From positions 4,480,001 through 4,544,000 of the forward strand of contig OZ242320.1 of NCBI GenBank assembly GCA_965208125.1: DNA of 64,000 nucleotides, written 5' to 3'. The notes under the pieces were generated by a model that was given only the letters and a program-made list of their open reading frames with translations, was not told the origin of the DNA and did no database searches. Positions within the stretch are counted from its first letter, which is position 1. Every line of letters begins with the position of its first letter. Shown piece after piece: positions 37,565 through 50,673 of the stretch. Both the position numbers and the translations under genes were made by a program. Source of the stretch: Candidatus Latescibacterota bacterium (GTDB lineage: Bacteria > Latescibacterota > UBA2968).

Positions 37565-38938
37565 CTATGCTCTCGCGGCTTCCCAGCCTTTTTTTATCAC
37601 TTTCTCGAGTTCGCTCACTGTTTCGGCATAGCGAACATCTTCCGCGGCATTGATGTTTTCCGCCGCATCTTCTCGATGATCGTAAAGCTCTCGGGCCTTT
37701 ACTTCTCCTGTATCTCTCAATTGCCATTCTGTGTAGCGAAAGTCGTCGGTTTTGATGGTATAGCCCATTACGCCCGAGCGTGGATACTGGCTGAAGGCCG
37801 CCTGTTTCCAGGTTCTGTCGGGATCCTCCATCAAGGGGACAAAGCTCTGGCCCTCGAGATGATCGGGTAGCGGTAGGTCGCACAGGTCGCACAGCGATGG
37901 GTACATATCAACGAATTCCGTAAGGCCAGATGCCTTTGCGCCCGACTTGCCGCGTTCTGGCGAGCGGATGATCATTGGGACGCGTGTATCAATGTCGAAG
38001 TTCGTGTGCTTGCACCAGCTACCGTGTTCGCCGAGTTTCCAGCCGTGATCGCCCCACAGGATTACAACTGTGTTGTCTTTGAGGCCGAGCCGTTCGATTT
38101 CGTCGAGCACGCGACCGACCTGCGCGTCCATATACGAGACACACGCGCAGTAGCCGTGGACCAATGTGCGCGATAGGTCATCGGGAATCGGTCCCTCCTT
38201 GGGTATTCCGAAGTAGCCGCGAAGTTCTCCAAATTCAGTCAGAGAATACTCAGTGACGTTTTCCGGTGCGCTGGTATTCAGGGCGAGTGGCAATGCTTCC
38301 CGATCGTAAACGTCCCAGTGATGCTTTGGGGCGTTGAAGGGCAGATGGGGTTTGTGAAAGCCCACGGCGAGGAAGAAGGGTTGATCGCGCAATTCGTTGA
38401 GCGTTTTAATGGCGTGATCGGCATCCTTGCCGTCGTGATAGGCATTGTCCGGAACATCCGCGGCCTCGAAAGCCGGTCCCAGGCCCCGTCTCGTGGAGCC
38501 TTCAGTAGCTAATTGGGCATCTGTTCTCTCGATCACTTCCATCGCTTCATCTGTCAGGTAGCCCCGTCCTTTCCAATCACCTGTTGAGACGTGTGGTTCT
38601 GCTGACCATCCTTGCAGATCATCACTTCGATGATGATAGATTTTTCCGATGGATCGCGTTTCGTAGCCGTGTTGCTTGAAGTGCTGTGGCAGCGAGAGAA
38701 CATCGGGCATCACGGACCGCAAGGGGGTCTGTAGATCGTAAATTGTCGTCGTATCCGGGCGGCAGCCGCTCAGAACGCTTGCTCGAGAAGGCGCGCATAC
38801 GGCTTGCTGGCAGTAGGCCCGCTCGAAGAGGACGCCCTCTGCAGCCAATCGATCGATGTTCGGCGACTGTACAAAATCCTGACCATAACAACCGAGTTGA
38901 GGACGCAGATCATCCACGGCGATGAATAGTACGTTCAT
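37565..38938 (-). CDS. Sulfatase, iduronate-2-sulfatase-like
   Basis: NVLFIAVDDLRP, CAPSR, GKIYH, GFHKPHLPF and DHGWKLGEHG.WCK. Alternative GTG start at 38947. Confidence 0.93.
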   Translation of the reverse strand: MNVLFIAVDDLRPQLGCYGQDFVQSPNIDRLAAEGVLFERAYCQQAVCAPSRASVLSGCRPDTTTIYDLQTPLRSVMPDVLSLPQHFKQHGYETRSIGKIYHHRSDDLQGWSAEPHVSTGDWKGRGYLTDEAMEVIERTDAQLATEGSTRRGLGPAFEAADVPDNAYHDGKDADHAIKTLNELRDQPFFLAVGFHKPHLPFNAPKHHWDVYDREALPLALNTSAPENVTEYSLTEFGELRGYFGIPKEGPIPDDLSRTLVHGYCACVSYMDAQVGRVLDEIERLGLKDNTVVILWGDHGWKLGEHGSWCKHTNFDIDTRVPMIIRSPERGKSGAKASGLTEFVDMYPSLCDLCDLPLPDHLEGQSFVPLMEDPDRTWKQAAFSQYPRSGVMGYTIKTDDFRYTEWQLRDTGEVKARELYDHREDAAENINAAEDVRYAETVSELEKVIKKGWEAARA

Positions 38939-39111
38939 TTTGTTCACAGTTCCTCCCAGAGGCATTGGATTTTTATTTTGATTTAGGAGACGCAGGGCAA
39001 TATAAGAGCCTGGATATAAAAATCAAGCCACACAATAGATCAAAGGTTGACAAGACAAGTTCTGTGATGCCATATTACGGGCAGGTGATTAGGCCAAACA
39101 AGGAGGGTATC

Positions 39112-40014
39112 ATGGCGCAGGATACTGTACGAGAGGTTACGACGGGTACGCTTCCCCATAGAGTCCTGGGTAAGACTGGGGAACGAGTGCCCATTTTGGG
39201 GTATGGATCTGCTCCCGGTGGGATGGGGCTTTCGGATGAGGACGCTATTGCGCTTTGCCATAAGGTGATTGATCTGGGGGTGACGTATATCGATACAGCG
39301 CCCGGATATGGTCGGGCGCATGTTCAACTGGGGCATGTGATGGCGGAGCGGCGAGATGAGGTGTTTTTGGTCACCAAGACAGCGGCGGATGAAGCGGAAC
39401 AAGCTCTGAAGATATTGGAGAAGGGGCTGAAAGATTTGCAGACGGATCACGTGGATCTGGTTTACGTGCATTCGATGGGCCGTAGAGATGTAGATCGGGT
39501 GCTGGCTCCCGACGGTGCGCTGGCAGGGCTGCGGGAAGCCCAGCGGCGGGGCTGGACGCGATTTATAGGGGTGACAGCGCACAATGCACCCTGGAGGACC
39601 GCTCGTGTGTTGCGGGAGGCGGATATAGATGTGGTGATGCTCGCCATAAATTTCGCGGATCGCTATACTTATAATTTTGAGAATGAGGTGTTGCCTCTGG
39701 CGTATGAGCGGAATGTGGGCGTGGCGGCAATGAAGGTTTATGGCGGGGCGCAGGGAATGACGTATCAAACGCCCAGGACTTCGGCTTTGGCCGCGCATGG
39801 ATCGCACGATCACGAGTTGGCTCTGCGTTACGCGCTGGGATTACCCGGCGTTTGCACGGCCGTGATCGGCATGTTTTCAGAGGCAGAGCTTGTGCAGAAC
39901 TTGGAATGGGTGCAGAGATTTACGCCGCTGAATGCAGCGGATGGTATTGCTCTTGAGACTCTTGGCCGGGAAATTGCGGCGGATTGGGGACCGCATTACG
40001 GTGCAGTGGAGTAG
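39112..40014 (+). CDS. Aldo/keto reductase
   Basis: LGKTG, IDTAPGYG, LVTK, DLVYVH and AMK. AGGAGG RBS before 39112. Confidence 0.92.
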   Translation: MAQDTVREVTTGTLPHRVLGKTGERVPILGYGSAPGGMGLSDEDAIALCHKVIDLGVTYIDTAPGYGRAHVQLGHVMAERRDEVFLVTKTAADEAEQALKILEKGLKDLQTDHVDLVYVHSMGRRDVDRVLAPDGALAGLREAQRRGWTRFIGVTAHNAPWRTARVLREADIDVVMLAINFADRYTYNFENEVLPLAYERNVGVAAMKVYGGAQGMTYQTPRTSALAAHGSHDHELALRYALGLPGVCTAVIGMFSEAELVQNLEWVQRFTPLNAADGIALETLGREIAADWGPHYGAVE

Positions 40015-40022
40015 GGTGAAAT

Positions 40023-42005
40023 ATGGCTGAAATCAAAAGGAAACTCTTTCCATCATCTGAGTTGGCCGAGGATAGCCTGCGCTGGACTGTCGTGGTGCTT
40101 TTCTCGGCCACCTTAGTTTTTGCCTGTGTTGCCGCAACGTTTTTGGAGTTCAAATCTCGTTCTGCACATATGGCGATGGCGAATCTGCCTCTGGCGGTGT
40201 TGTTGCCCTTTATGGCATGGCTTCTGGTGAATGCCTTTTTGAAGCGGTTCGCGCCTCGCCTGTCTATGACTTCTGCAGAGTTGAGATTGGCGTTGAGCAT
40301 GCTATGGGTGGGTGGATCATTTGCTGGGTATAACTGGATTACGCAGTGGGTGGGTGCGATGGCGGCACCGAGATATTATGCGTCGCCCGAGAACCGGTGG
40401 CAGGAGTTGATTTTTGACTATTTGCCCTGGTGGATGTTTCCTTCGAATTTTCCCGGGGTGACAGAGGGATTTTTTTTGGGACTGGAGGAAGGTGCGGCAG
40501 TGCCCTGGGGAGCGTGGATAGCTCCGATTTTTTGGGCGATGTCCGCCGGCTTGGCGATGACGGCTATTGGACTGGGTTTGACGGCGGTGTTCCAGAAGCA
40601 GTGGGTTCGGCATGAAAGGCTGACGTATCCACTGGCGCAGGTCCCCCTCGATTTGACGGAAGGGTTTGACGGCAAGCGCGGCTGGCCCCCATTTATGCGG
40701 AATTGGCTGTTCTGGGTGGGGTTTACCGTGGCTGCTCTCCCTTTGTTGTGGAATCTGATTGAATACTGGACGCCGGGTTTTCCCAGGCTGGCAATTTTTG
40801 ACCCTTATTACGGTCCAAGAGGTCCCAGGGGTGCTGCATTGTCGCGTTATTTGCAGCCGTTCTCTTATCGGATTTTACCCCCTGTGCTGGGGTTCACCTT
40901 TTTGTGCGATCTGAATATCCTGTTTAGCATCTGGTCTTTGTGGCTGGTCGGTCAGGTGGGACTTTACGGGATGTCCAGGGTTGGATTTTCAGTGGGTTTG
41001 GCCGGGCAAGAGGCTAAACCCACTGCGATTTTGGGCTTGTTCACCCATGGCGTGAGCATGGGGTTGGCGATTTGGGCAATTTGGGTTGCTCGCGGTCATC
41101 TGCGAAAAGTTTTTCGGCAGGTGTTACGCCCGCCCATAAGCGGGGAGGCGGAAACCGCGATTTTATCTCCTCGATTAGCCGTGTTTGGGATTTTGGGCGG
41201 CGGTATTTATATGGTTTTCTGGCTGTACAGCGCGGGTTATAGCGCGGGGATTGGGCTGGCCTGGCTGTTGCTTTTCTGGGCGAGTATTCTGGTGGTGATG
41301 AAGTTTTTGGCGGCGAGTGGGTTTGCGTATCTGTTTCCGAGTTTCGGTACTTCGATTCTGGATATGACAGTGGGAGCCAGCCAGATGCAGGAATCTACGC
41401 TGGTAGGGCTTCGGCTGGTGAATTGGCGTTTGCTGGCAGGTTGGCGTTTGCCAGCAGCATTGCCCCATGTGGAACGCCTGGTGAGGCCAGCAAAGCGGGT
41501 TGGGTGGGTGGTAATTGGGAGCCTGATGCTGGGGATGCTGGCGGCAATTATTTACACAGTTGCCATCTGCTATGAATCGGGGGGGAGCACTTTCCGCACA
41601 TGGTCTCTGGTGGGCGCGCCAGTGGGGATGTACGAGGGTATTGCCAAGGCGGTTGCAGAAACGAATCCGACTGTGACCGATCCGGGAAAAATTGGCGTGT
41701 GGATTCTGGGCGGTGTGATCGCGGGGATTATTCAGGTGATGCAGAGTCGGTTTTCCTGGTGGCCGTTTCATCCGCTGGGTGTGATGCTGATGTCGAGTGG
41801 TTATGTTCGGCTCTATGTGCTGGATATTTTTCTGGTGTGGCTGAGCAAATTGCTGGTTCTCAGTTTTGGGGGTATTTCACTTTACCGAAGGGGCAAGCCG
41901 TGTTGTTATGGGTTGATTGTGGGATACGTGTTTGCCGTAGGGTGTTCTTTTTTGATTGATTTGATCTGGTTCCCAGAAGGTGGGCATTATATACACGGGT
42001 ATTAG
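40023..42005 (+). CDS. DUF6785/DUF6784-type polytopic membrane protein (putative peptide transporter)
   Basis: Many TM segments, VPWGAW..P, KQWVRHERLTYPL and WWPFHPLG. Confidence 0.75.
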   Translation: MAEIKRKLFPSSELAEDSLRWTVVVLFSATLVFACVAATFLEFKSRSAHMAMANLPLAVLLPFMAWLLVNAFLKRFAPRLSMTSAELRLALSMLWVGGSFAGYNWITQWVGAMAAPRYYASPENRWQELIFDYLPWWMFPSNFPGVTEGFFLGLEEGAAVPWGAWIAPIFWAMSAGLAMTAIGLGLTAVFQKQWVRHERLTYPLAQVPLDLTEGFDGKRGWPPFMRNWLFWVGFTVAALPLLWNLIEYWTPGFPRLAIFDPYYGPRGPRGAALSRYLQPFSYRILPPVLGFTFLCDLNILFSIWSLWLVGQVGLYGMSRVGFSVGLAGQEAKPTAILGLFTHGVSMGLAIWAIWVARGHLRKVFRQVLRPPISGEAETAILSPRLAVFGILGGGIYMVFWLYSAGYSAGIGLAWLLLFWASILVVMKFLAASGFAYLFPSFGTSILDMTVGASQMQESTLVGLRLVNWRLLAGWRLPAALPHVERLVRPAKRVGWVVIGSLMLGMLAAIIYTVAICYESGGSTFRTWSLVGAPVGMYEGIAKAVAETNPTVTDPGKIGVWILGGVIAGIIQVMQSRFSWWPFHPLGVMLMSSGYVRLYVLDIFLVWLSKLLVLSFGGISLYRRGKPCCYGLIVGYVFAVGCSFLIDLIWFPEGGHYIHGY

Positions 42006-42009
42006 GGCG

Positions 42010-44049
42010 TCACTCCCGAGAGAGGTGCGGCAGGTAGCCCTGTTGCTGGAGTATTTGAATCAGAGATTTGGGTTTTGCCGTATTGTTGAGGGTTGCAATA
42101 GTTGGAGAAATGCGGTCATCCAGTGCCTGGGCGATGCGGGGCTGGGCGTAGAGTTCGTCGAGCAATTCTCGCGTGGCGGTTTTGACACGTCCGATAGCGG
42201 GGAGGATTTCGATCTCGCCGTATTTGTCGTCACATTCGGCAATTAAGGTATCGACCATGTCGGATAGGCCGCTCGCGCTGTGCTGTGTCAAAAATGCGCG
42301 TATCTCGTCCCCTGACAAACCGCGTGAAAATGCGCGGCGAATTGAGTCGCGGGAGAGATGGAAACACGTCATTACATCCTGTGTTTTTAGGTCGCCGAGG
42401 ACGCAGAGTCTGAGATAGTGCGCGCAGGGAAGATCTGGTGGAGATAGGACTTCAAAATTGGGCTGTACAACAAATTTTGCATCTGAATTTTGCAGGGGTA
42501 TTTGTTCGGTCAGTGCATCGTCATGCGTGTCGTGCAACAGGGCGTAGCCCGCAGGCGTGATCTGAAAGACCGCCTGTTTGCTTTGCTGCAATGGTGTGGA
42601 GAAATCGGGGAAGTTACTCACGCGAACAACGCCCATATAGGTGAGTGCACCTGTGATGGTGCGGCGCAGCAATTCATCGGCGGTGGTTCCGGTATGGGAT
42701 GGGTCTTTGGCAAAATGCCGAAAAGGCTCTGAAAGTCGCGTGAGAAATTGATAATACGACGGGTATGTTATCCATGTATCGGTGGGGCAATGCCGAAGGC
42801 TCCGCACGATTTCACTGCGAATATTCTTGAGTACTTGCATTCGGGCACTGGTGGCTTTGGTGCGGTCGGAAGACCACTCATTCCACCGTTCGCTGTGAAA
42901 CCAGAATTCAAAGCACGCCTTGCGTATGTCGATGATTTGCCCGACTCGGGTGCCAGCATCTGGGGCTGTATGCCAGGTTGTATCATGGGGTTTTACCAGT
43001 TCCGTAGTTTCGGCAAAGAGCGTGAGAAATTCAATATAGCCCGGATCGTCCTGGATATGGCAGTATTTGTTCGCGTCGCGTAAATCGGTTTTGGATATGC
43101 CGCCGTGTTTGAGCCTGCGGGGCAAGCGTTGTGTAACAATGCCGAGCAGTGTGGTCAGATCCCGGATGAGAAAGGCGGTATTTTCGCGTATTGCGACGGG
43201 AGCGATGGCGGAGGTTTCGAGGAGCGTTTCGAGACTGCTTTCGAGTTGTCCGCCCTGGGATTGAGCGATTTTGGATAGGGCAGCGCACAGGTCTGAAGCG
43301 AGACATATCGCGGCGTTGGGGGCGTGAAGATCGCGGTTCGGCGCGTAAAAGATCGGCATTTTCCAGAGCATGTCTTCCAATTCGCGGACTGCGGATTCCC
43401 CCAATTTGTCGGCGACTTCGCTGCGTGTGATTGCGTTGGACGGGAGGAATAAGTCAAGGATGGCGCGGCGGTCTTCGCTGAGTGTGTTGAGGTAGGCGTG
43501 CAGTGTTTTTGTATCGAGCAGAGCATTTCTTATGGCGTTGGATACGATGGGTTTGCGCGTGTCTGAAGGGCGCAGACCAATCTGATCTGCAAAAGCTCGG
43601 AGCAAACCCACAGAGACGGGTTTCAAGATGACGAGCAGTCGGCCCTGATCCGCATCGGGAATGGGGATGGATTTGAGCAGCGATTCGGGTATGCCGATTA
43701 GAACGTCTGGATCACCCAGTGTGTGTGCGTCTCGAAATACGAGACCGGTCAGATCCCTGAGTTGTGCATGAAGACGGGGAAGAAATCCGTTGGCAAATTT
43801 TTCAACGGCTTCGGCTTCCAATAGCTCGCCCCCTTCGGCGGCAAGGGTCTGTACCATTGCGCGCTGTTCTGACGATAGGGAACTGAGGCGTTTGGCTATG
43901 TACTCTGGGTCGGGGAGTATGCGACAGAGGGCGTCGGCGAGGATGGTCTTGTTGCTGCCAGTGAGATCAATACCCACATCGCGGGCGAGTTGACAGAGCG
44001 TATCGAACGGATATTGCGTGAGAGCGGTGCGTAGTTTCATGATGGACAC
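42010..44049 (-). CDS. XPB-associated protein with a C-terminal helicase-associated (XPB N-terminal-like) domain
   Basis: C-terminal VVQPNFEVL...LSRDSIRRAF..G....I..FL..HS...KYG resembles the N-terminal domain of the XPB gene in this window. No Walker motifs. Confidence 0.72.
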   Translation of the reverse strand: MSIMKLRTALTQYPFDTLCQLARDVGIDLTGSNKTILADALCRILPDPEYIAKRLSSLSSEQRAMVQTLAAEGGELLEAEAVEKFANGFLPRLHAQLRDLTGLVFRDAHTLGDPDVLIGIPESLLKSIPIPDADQGRLLVILKPVSVGLLRAFADQIGLRPSDTRKPIVSNAIRNALLDTKTLHAYLNTLSEDRRAILDLFLPSNAITRSEVADKLGESAVRELEDMLWKMPIFYAPNRDLHAPNAAICLASDLCAALSKIAQSQGGQLESSLETLLETSAIAPVAIRENTAFLIRDLTTLLGIVTQRLPRRLKHGGISKTDLRDANKYCHIQDDPGYIEFLTLFAETTELVKPHDTTWHTAPDAGTRVGQIIDIRKACFEFWFHSERWNEWSSDRTKATSARMQVLKNIRSEIVRSLRHCPTDTWITYPSYYQFLTRLSEPFRHFAKDPSHTGTTADELLRRTITGALTYMGVVRVSNFPDFSTPLQQSKQAVFQITPAGYALLHDTHDDALTEQIPLQNSDAKFVVQPNFEVLSPPDLPCAHYLRLCVLGDLKTQDVMTCFHLSRDSIRRAFSRGLSGDEIRAFLTQHSASGLSDMVDTLIAECDDKYGEIEILPAIGRVKTATRELLDELYAQPRIAQALDDRISPTIATLNNTAKPKSLIQILQQQGYLPHLSRE

Positions 44050-44053
44050 AGTA

Positions 44054-44093
44054 AAAATAAGACACTTACAAAACTGTAAGTGCCTAAAAAAAA
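44054..44093 (-). terminator. Intrinsic terminator downstream of tRNA-Ala
   Basis: Minus strand reads AGGCACTTACA-GTTT-TGTAAGTGTCT followed by TATTTTT. Confidence 0.75.
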
Positions 44094-44094
44094 G

Positions 44095-44167
44095 TGGAGC
44101 CGAGCGGGATCGAACCGCCGACCTTTTGACTGCCAGTCAAACGCTCTCCCAGTTGAGCTACGGCCCC
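44095..44167 (-). tRNA. tRNA-Ala(GGC)
   Basis: Reverse complement is GGGGCCGTAGCTCAACTGGGAGAGCGTTTGACT-GGC-AGTCAAAAGGTCGGCGGTTCGATCCCGCTCGGCTCCA. It has the G3:U70 alanine identity pair and a TTCGA T-loop. CCA is not fully encoded. Confidence 0.97.
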
Positions 44168-44184
44168 ACATCTATACGCGATTA

Positions 44185-44213
44185 AGGGTAACAAAATAGG
44201 GTAGGTGTGTCAA
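44185..44213 (-). promoter_or_regulatory. sigma70 promoter of tRNA-Ala
   Basis: TTGACA-17 nt-TACCCT with a TGn extension on the minus strand. Confidence 0.65.
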
Positions 44214-44226
44214 GTAAAAAGCCGAT

Positions 44227-44300
44227 CGCGGATTTAACGGATTTGGGGATTGTGCGGATTAAACCCTATGCGTCAGTGAACGGATTAACTGCGTGGATTT
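44227..44300 (+). repeat. Degenerate ~9-bp CGGATT repeats
   Basis: cgcggattta-acggatttg-gggattgt-gcggattaa...acggattaa..gtggatttg. Similar to the 13954-14007 motif. Confidence 0.55.
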
Positions 44301-44315
44301 GCCTCACTCAAGAGA

Positions 44316-47275
<2,960 letters not shown>

Positions 47276-47286
<11 letters not shown>

Positions 47287-48964
47287 CAAAGACATCGTCT
47301 GCGTCTCGAATGGTGTAGCGGTAGCCCTGTTCGGTGAGGAAGGTCTGGCGATTTCGGGCAAATTCTTGTTCGCGGGTGTCGCGCGTGACCAGGGTGTAAA
47401 AATGAGCCAGACTGCCGTCGGATTTGGGACGCAAAATGCGCCCGAGGCGTTGGGCTTCTTCCTGGCGCGAGCCATAAGTGCCAGAAATTTGAATGGCGAC
47501 GCTGGCGTCGGGCAGATCGACGGCAAAATTGGCGACTTTGGATACGACGAGGATCTTGATTTTGCCCTTTCGAAATGTTTCGTAGAGGTGGTCGCGGTCT
47601 TCGCTGGGAGTTTTGCCCATGATTATCGGGGCGTCGAGTTCTTGTGCAACATATTCAACCTGGCGGATGTATTGCCCAATGACGAGGATTTGGTCGCCTT
47701 CGTGTTTTTTTAGCAAATGCTTGACCATGTGGATTTTGTCGGCATTTTCCGATGCGATGCGGAATTTGGCGCGTCTATCTGCTATGGCATAGCTGAGCCG
47801 CTTGCCCTGTGGCAATGGCAGGCGAATTTCACAGCATTCTGCGGTTGCTATCCAGCCGCTGGATTCAAGCTCTCGCCAGGGCACGTCGTAGCGCTTGGGG
47901 CCGATGAGCGAAAAGACATCGGTTTCGAGGCCATCTTCGCGCACGAGGGTGGCTGTGAGACCGAGACGCCGCCGGGATTGCAATTCGGCGGTAAAGCGAA
48001 ATACGGGCGCGGGAAGCAGGTGGACTTCGTCGTAAATAATGAGGCCCCAATTGCCCTGATTAAAAATACCGAAGTGGGGGAAGTCTTCCTCCCGGCTCTT
48101 GCGATAGGTCAAGATATTGTACGTAGCTATGGTAATGGGCCGAATTTCTTTGCGCTCGCCGGAATATTCGCCTATCTGATCGTCGGTGAGGCTCGTTTTG
48201 TCGATGAGTTCTGCTTTCCACTGGCGCGACGCCGTGATATTGGTAGTCAGAATCAGGGTTTCGCACTGGAGGGTATTCATCGCGGCCATGCCCACAATGG
48301 TTTTGCCCGCGCCGCAGGGCAAGACTACTGTGCCACTTCCGCCATCGGGACCTCCGCCCGCGTGGAATATATCGACGGCCTCGCGCTGATAATCGCGCAA
48401 TGCAAAGGGATTGCCCGATAGAGCAGTCTGGCGATGTCGAAATTTGAGTGTTCTGCCTTTGAGGTATCCCGCGCGATCTTTGACCGGGAATCCGATGCGC
48501 GTGAGAGCCTGTTTGAGATGTCCCCGATACAGGGGCAAAATGCGAATGCGATGGGCGTCGAGTCGCTTTTCAATATAGGGCTGGACGGTTTTGTGGCGGC
48601 AGATTTCAAGGATGATTAGTGGGTCTTCGGAAGACAGGATGAGCACGTCGCCTTCTTTGTCGAGATAGACTTTGCCATAGCGGCTCATTGCCTCTCGGAT
48701 TTCAACGCCCACATTCTGGGGGATATCGTATTTGCCGTAGGTTTCGAGAGTGGCGATGATTTCTTCGGTGGTGACGCCGGCTGCGGCTGCATTCCAGAGC
48801 GAGAGGGGATTGACGCGGTACGTGTGTATGTGCTCTGGGCTTTTTTCCAACTCGGCAAAGCGCACGAGCCGATCTCGCGCCGCTTCATATCTGGGCGAGT
48901 TGACTTCGACGAGAACCGTGAGGTCGCTCTGGATGATGAGGGGATTTTCGGGATTGTAGTTCAT
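47276..48964 (-). CDS. XPB/Rad25 (ERCC3-like) DNA helicase
   Basis: NPLIIQSD..., FAELEKSPEHIHTY, LPCGAGKT, DEVH, LGLTATLVREDG (RED motif) and QEEAQRLGRILRPK. Confidence 0.95.
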
Positions 48965-48968
48965 ATTT

Positions 48969-50657
48969 TTATACGCGTTCTACCGTCACGTAATACGCAC
49001 CGGCGAGGCGATTGCCATTCGCGTCTATCCACCAGGTTTGCAAAGTTGTGGGACCGCTCGACAAATCCACTGTAAATGTTACGGATAGGTCATTGGGACG
49101 CACGTCCATTTCATGTTCAGAGCCGTCGATCTGCATCCACGCCCGATCTACAGGGAGTGCTTTTCCTGCCATCAATGTGCCGTCAACGCCTTCCATCACG
49201 GGGGCTGGTGCTGTAATTGCGAGATTCGATTCTCGGGGCCAGCGCCGCAAGGTGATGTCGTATTTCCCGGATTGTTCAACTGCGAGTTGCCAGATACCGC
49301 TGTCCATCACACATCCGCGCACGCCTCCTGGATTATCGCAATAAACGCCCATCCAATCGCAGCTGGACAATCGCGTGGATTTTTCCTCCTCTGTTCCAAT
49401 GGCAATGAGGAAGTATATATCGAGGTTTTTGCCGAACTTATCCCACCACGCATCGTAATGTGCCCGCATCTTTTGCACAACATCGGGATGCTGGTCGGCG
49501 ATGTTGTGTTCTTGTCCGGGGTCGCTGTCGAGGTGATACAACTCTGTGTAATCCACGAGACGCCAGCGATTCCAGACAACTGCGGCATTGCCTTTGCGCG
49601 TGGTTCGATTCCCCGTTGGGACATTGTGGCCGTATTGTACAACGAGCATCCGATCTTCCAATTCTTCGCGTTCGCGCAACAGGCCGGTTAGAGAAATGCC
49701 ATCACAGGCAGTTCCTTCTGGTGCGTCGAGGCCGCAGAGGGAGATCAGGGTTGGCAACACATCTGTACCGTGCGTGGGATCGGGTATATCGCGGGGATCT
49801 CCCAATTGTCCTTCGGGCCAGCGAATAAAAAACGGAACGCGGTGGCCGCCTTCATAGAGCGTGGTCTTTTTTCCGCGCATGCCGGCGTTGTACACCGTTT
49901 CTCCATTTGCCGTCCCATTATCGGTCATAAAAATCAAAATGGTGTTGTCGCGCAGTCCAGTTTTGCGGAGAAAGGCATCGAGTTTGCCTATGTTTTCGTC
50001 GATATTGGCAATCATTCCGTAAAAGCTGGCGACATTATATGCGACCTGCTCGAGATAGGGCTGGCGGTATTCGTCGGGAACCCACAGCGGGGTATGGGGT
50101 GCATTGGTGGCGATGTACGCAAAAAACGGCGCGTCGTCCTGTTCTTCTATCCAGTTCAGGGCTTCGTCAAACCACACATCTGTGCAATACCCTTCAAAAG
50201 CCTCAATTGTTCCATTGTGCCGATAGTGGTCGTCGAAATAATCATTACCAAAATAATCTGCAGCGGATGTAATGCCCCAGGCGGGATGGTGAATTGTTTC
50301 ATGAAAACCCCGGTCTTGTGGGCGGTAGGGATAATTGTCGCCGAGGTGCCATTTGCCAAAATGTCCCGTGCGATAGCCATTCATGGCGAAGATATCCGCC
50401 AGAGTCGGCAGTTCGGGATTCATCAGCGACCGCCCCATGCACACAAATGTGGCGCCATTGCGGAGTGCGTCTTGTCCTGTCAACAATTCGCCGCGCGTTG
50501 GTGTACACATGGGGGCGACGTGGAAATCCGTAAACCGAATGCTCTCGTCGTGTAACGCATCTAAATTCGGCGTTTTTATGACTGGATTGCCGTGGCAAGA
50601 GAGATCGCCATAGCCCTGATCATCGGTAAGCACAAAAATCACATTGGGTTTGTCCAT
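48969..50657 (-). CDS. Arylsulfatase
   Basis: KPNVIFVLTDDQGYGD, CTPTR, GKWHLG and YEGGHRVP. Confidence 0.94.
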   Translation of the reverse strand: MDKPNVIFVLTDDQGYGDLSCHGNPVIKTPNLDALHDESIRFTDFHVAPMCTPTRGELLTGQDALRNGATFVCMGRSLMNPELPTLADIFAMNGYRTGHFGKWHLGDNYPYRPQDRGFHETIHHPAWGITSAADYFGNDYFDDHYRHNGTIEAFEGYCTDVWFDEALNWIEEQDDAPFFAYIATNAPHTPLWVPDEYRQPYLEQVAYNVASFYGMIANIDENIGKLDAFLRKTGLRDNTILIFMTDNGTANGETVYNAGMRGKKTTLYEGGHRVPFFIRWPEGQLGDPRDIPDPTHGTDVLPTLISLCGLDAPEGTACDGISLTGLLREREELEDRMLVVQYGHNVPTGNRTTRKGNAAVVWNRWRLVDYTELYHLDSDPGQEHNIADQHPDVVQKMRAHYDAWWDKFGKNLDIYFLIAIGTEEEKSTRLSSCDWMGVYCDNPGGVRGCVMDSGIWQLAVEQSGKYDITLRRWPRESNLAITAPAPVMEGVDGTLMAGKALPVDRAWMQIDGSEHEMDVRPNDLSVTFTVDLSSGPTTLQTWWIDANGNRLAGAYYVTVERV

Positions 50658-50673
50658 AACCTCTCCGGAAATA

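Noticed and set aside
42010-44167. Genomic island integrated at tRNA-Ala
   Set aside because: No integrase, and I did not find a duplicated tRNA 3' end. The flanking genes look like core genes.
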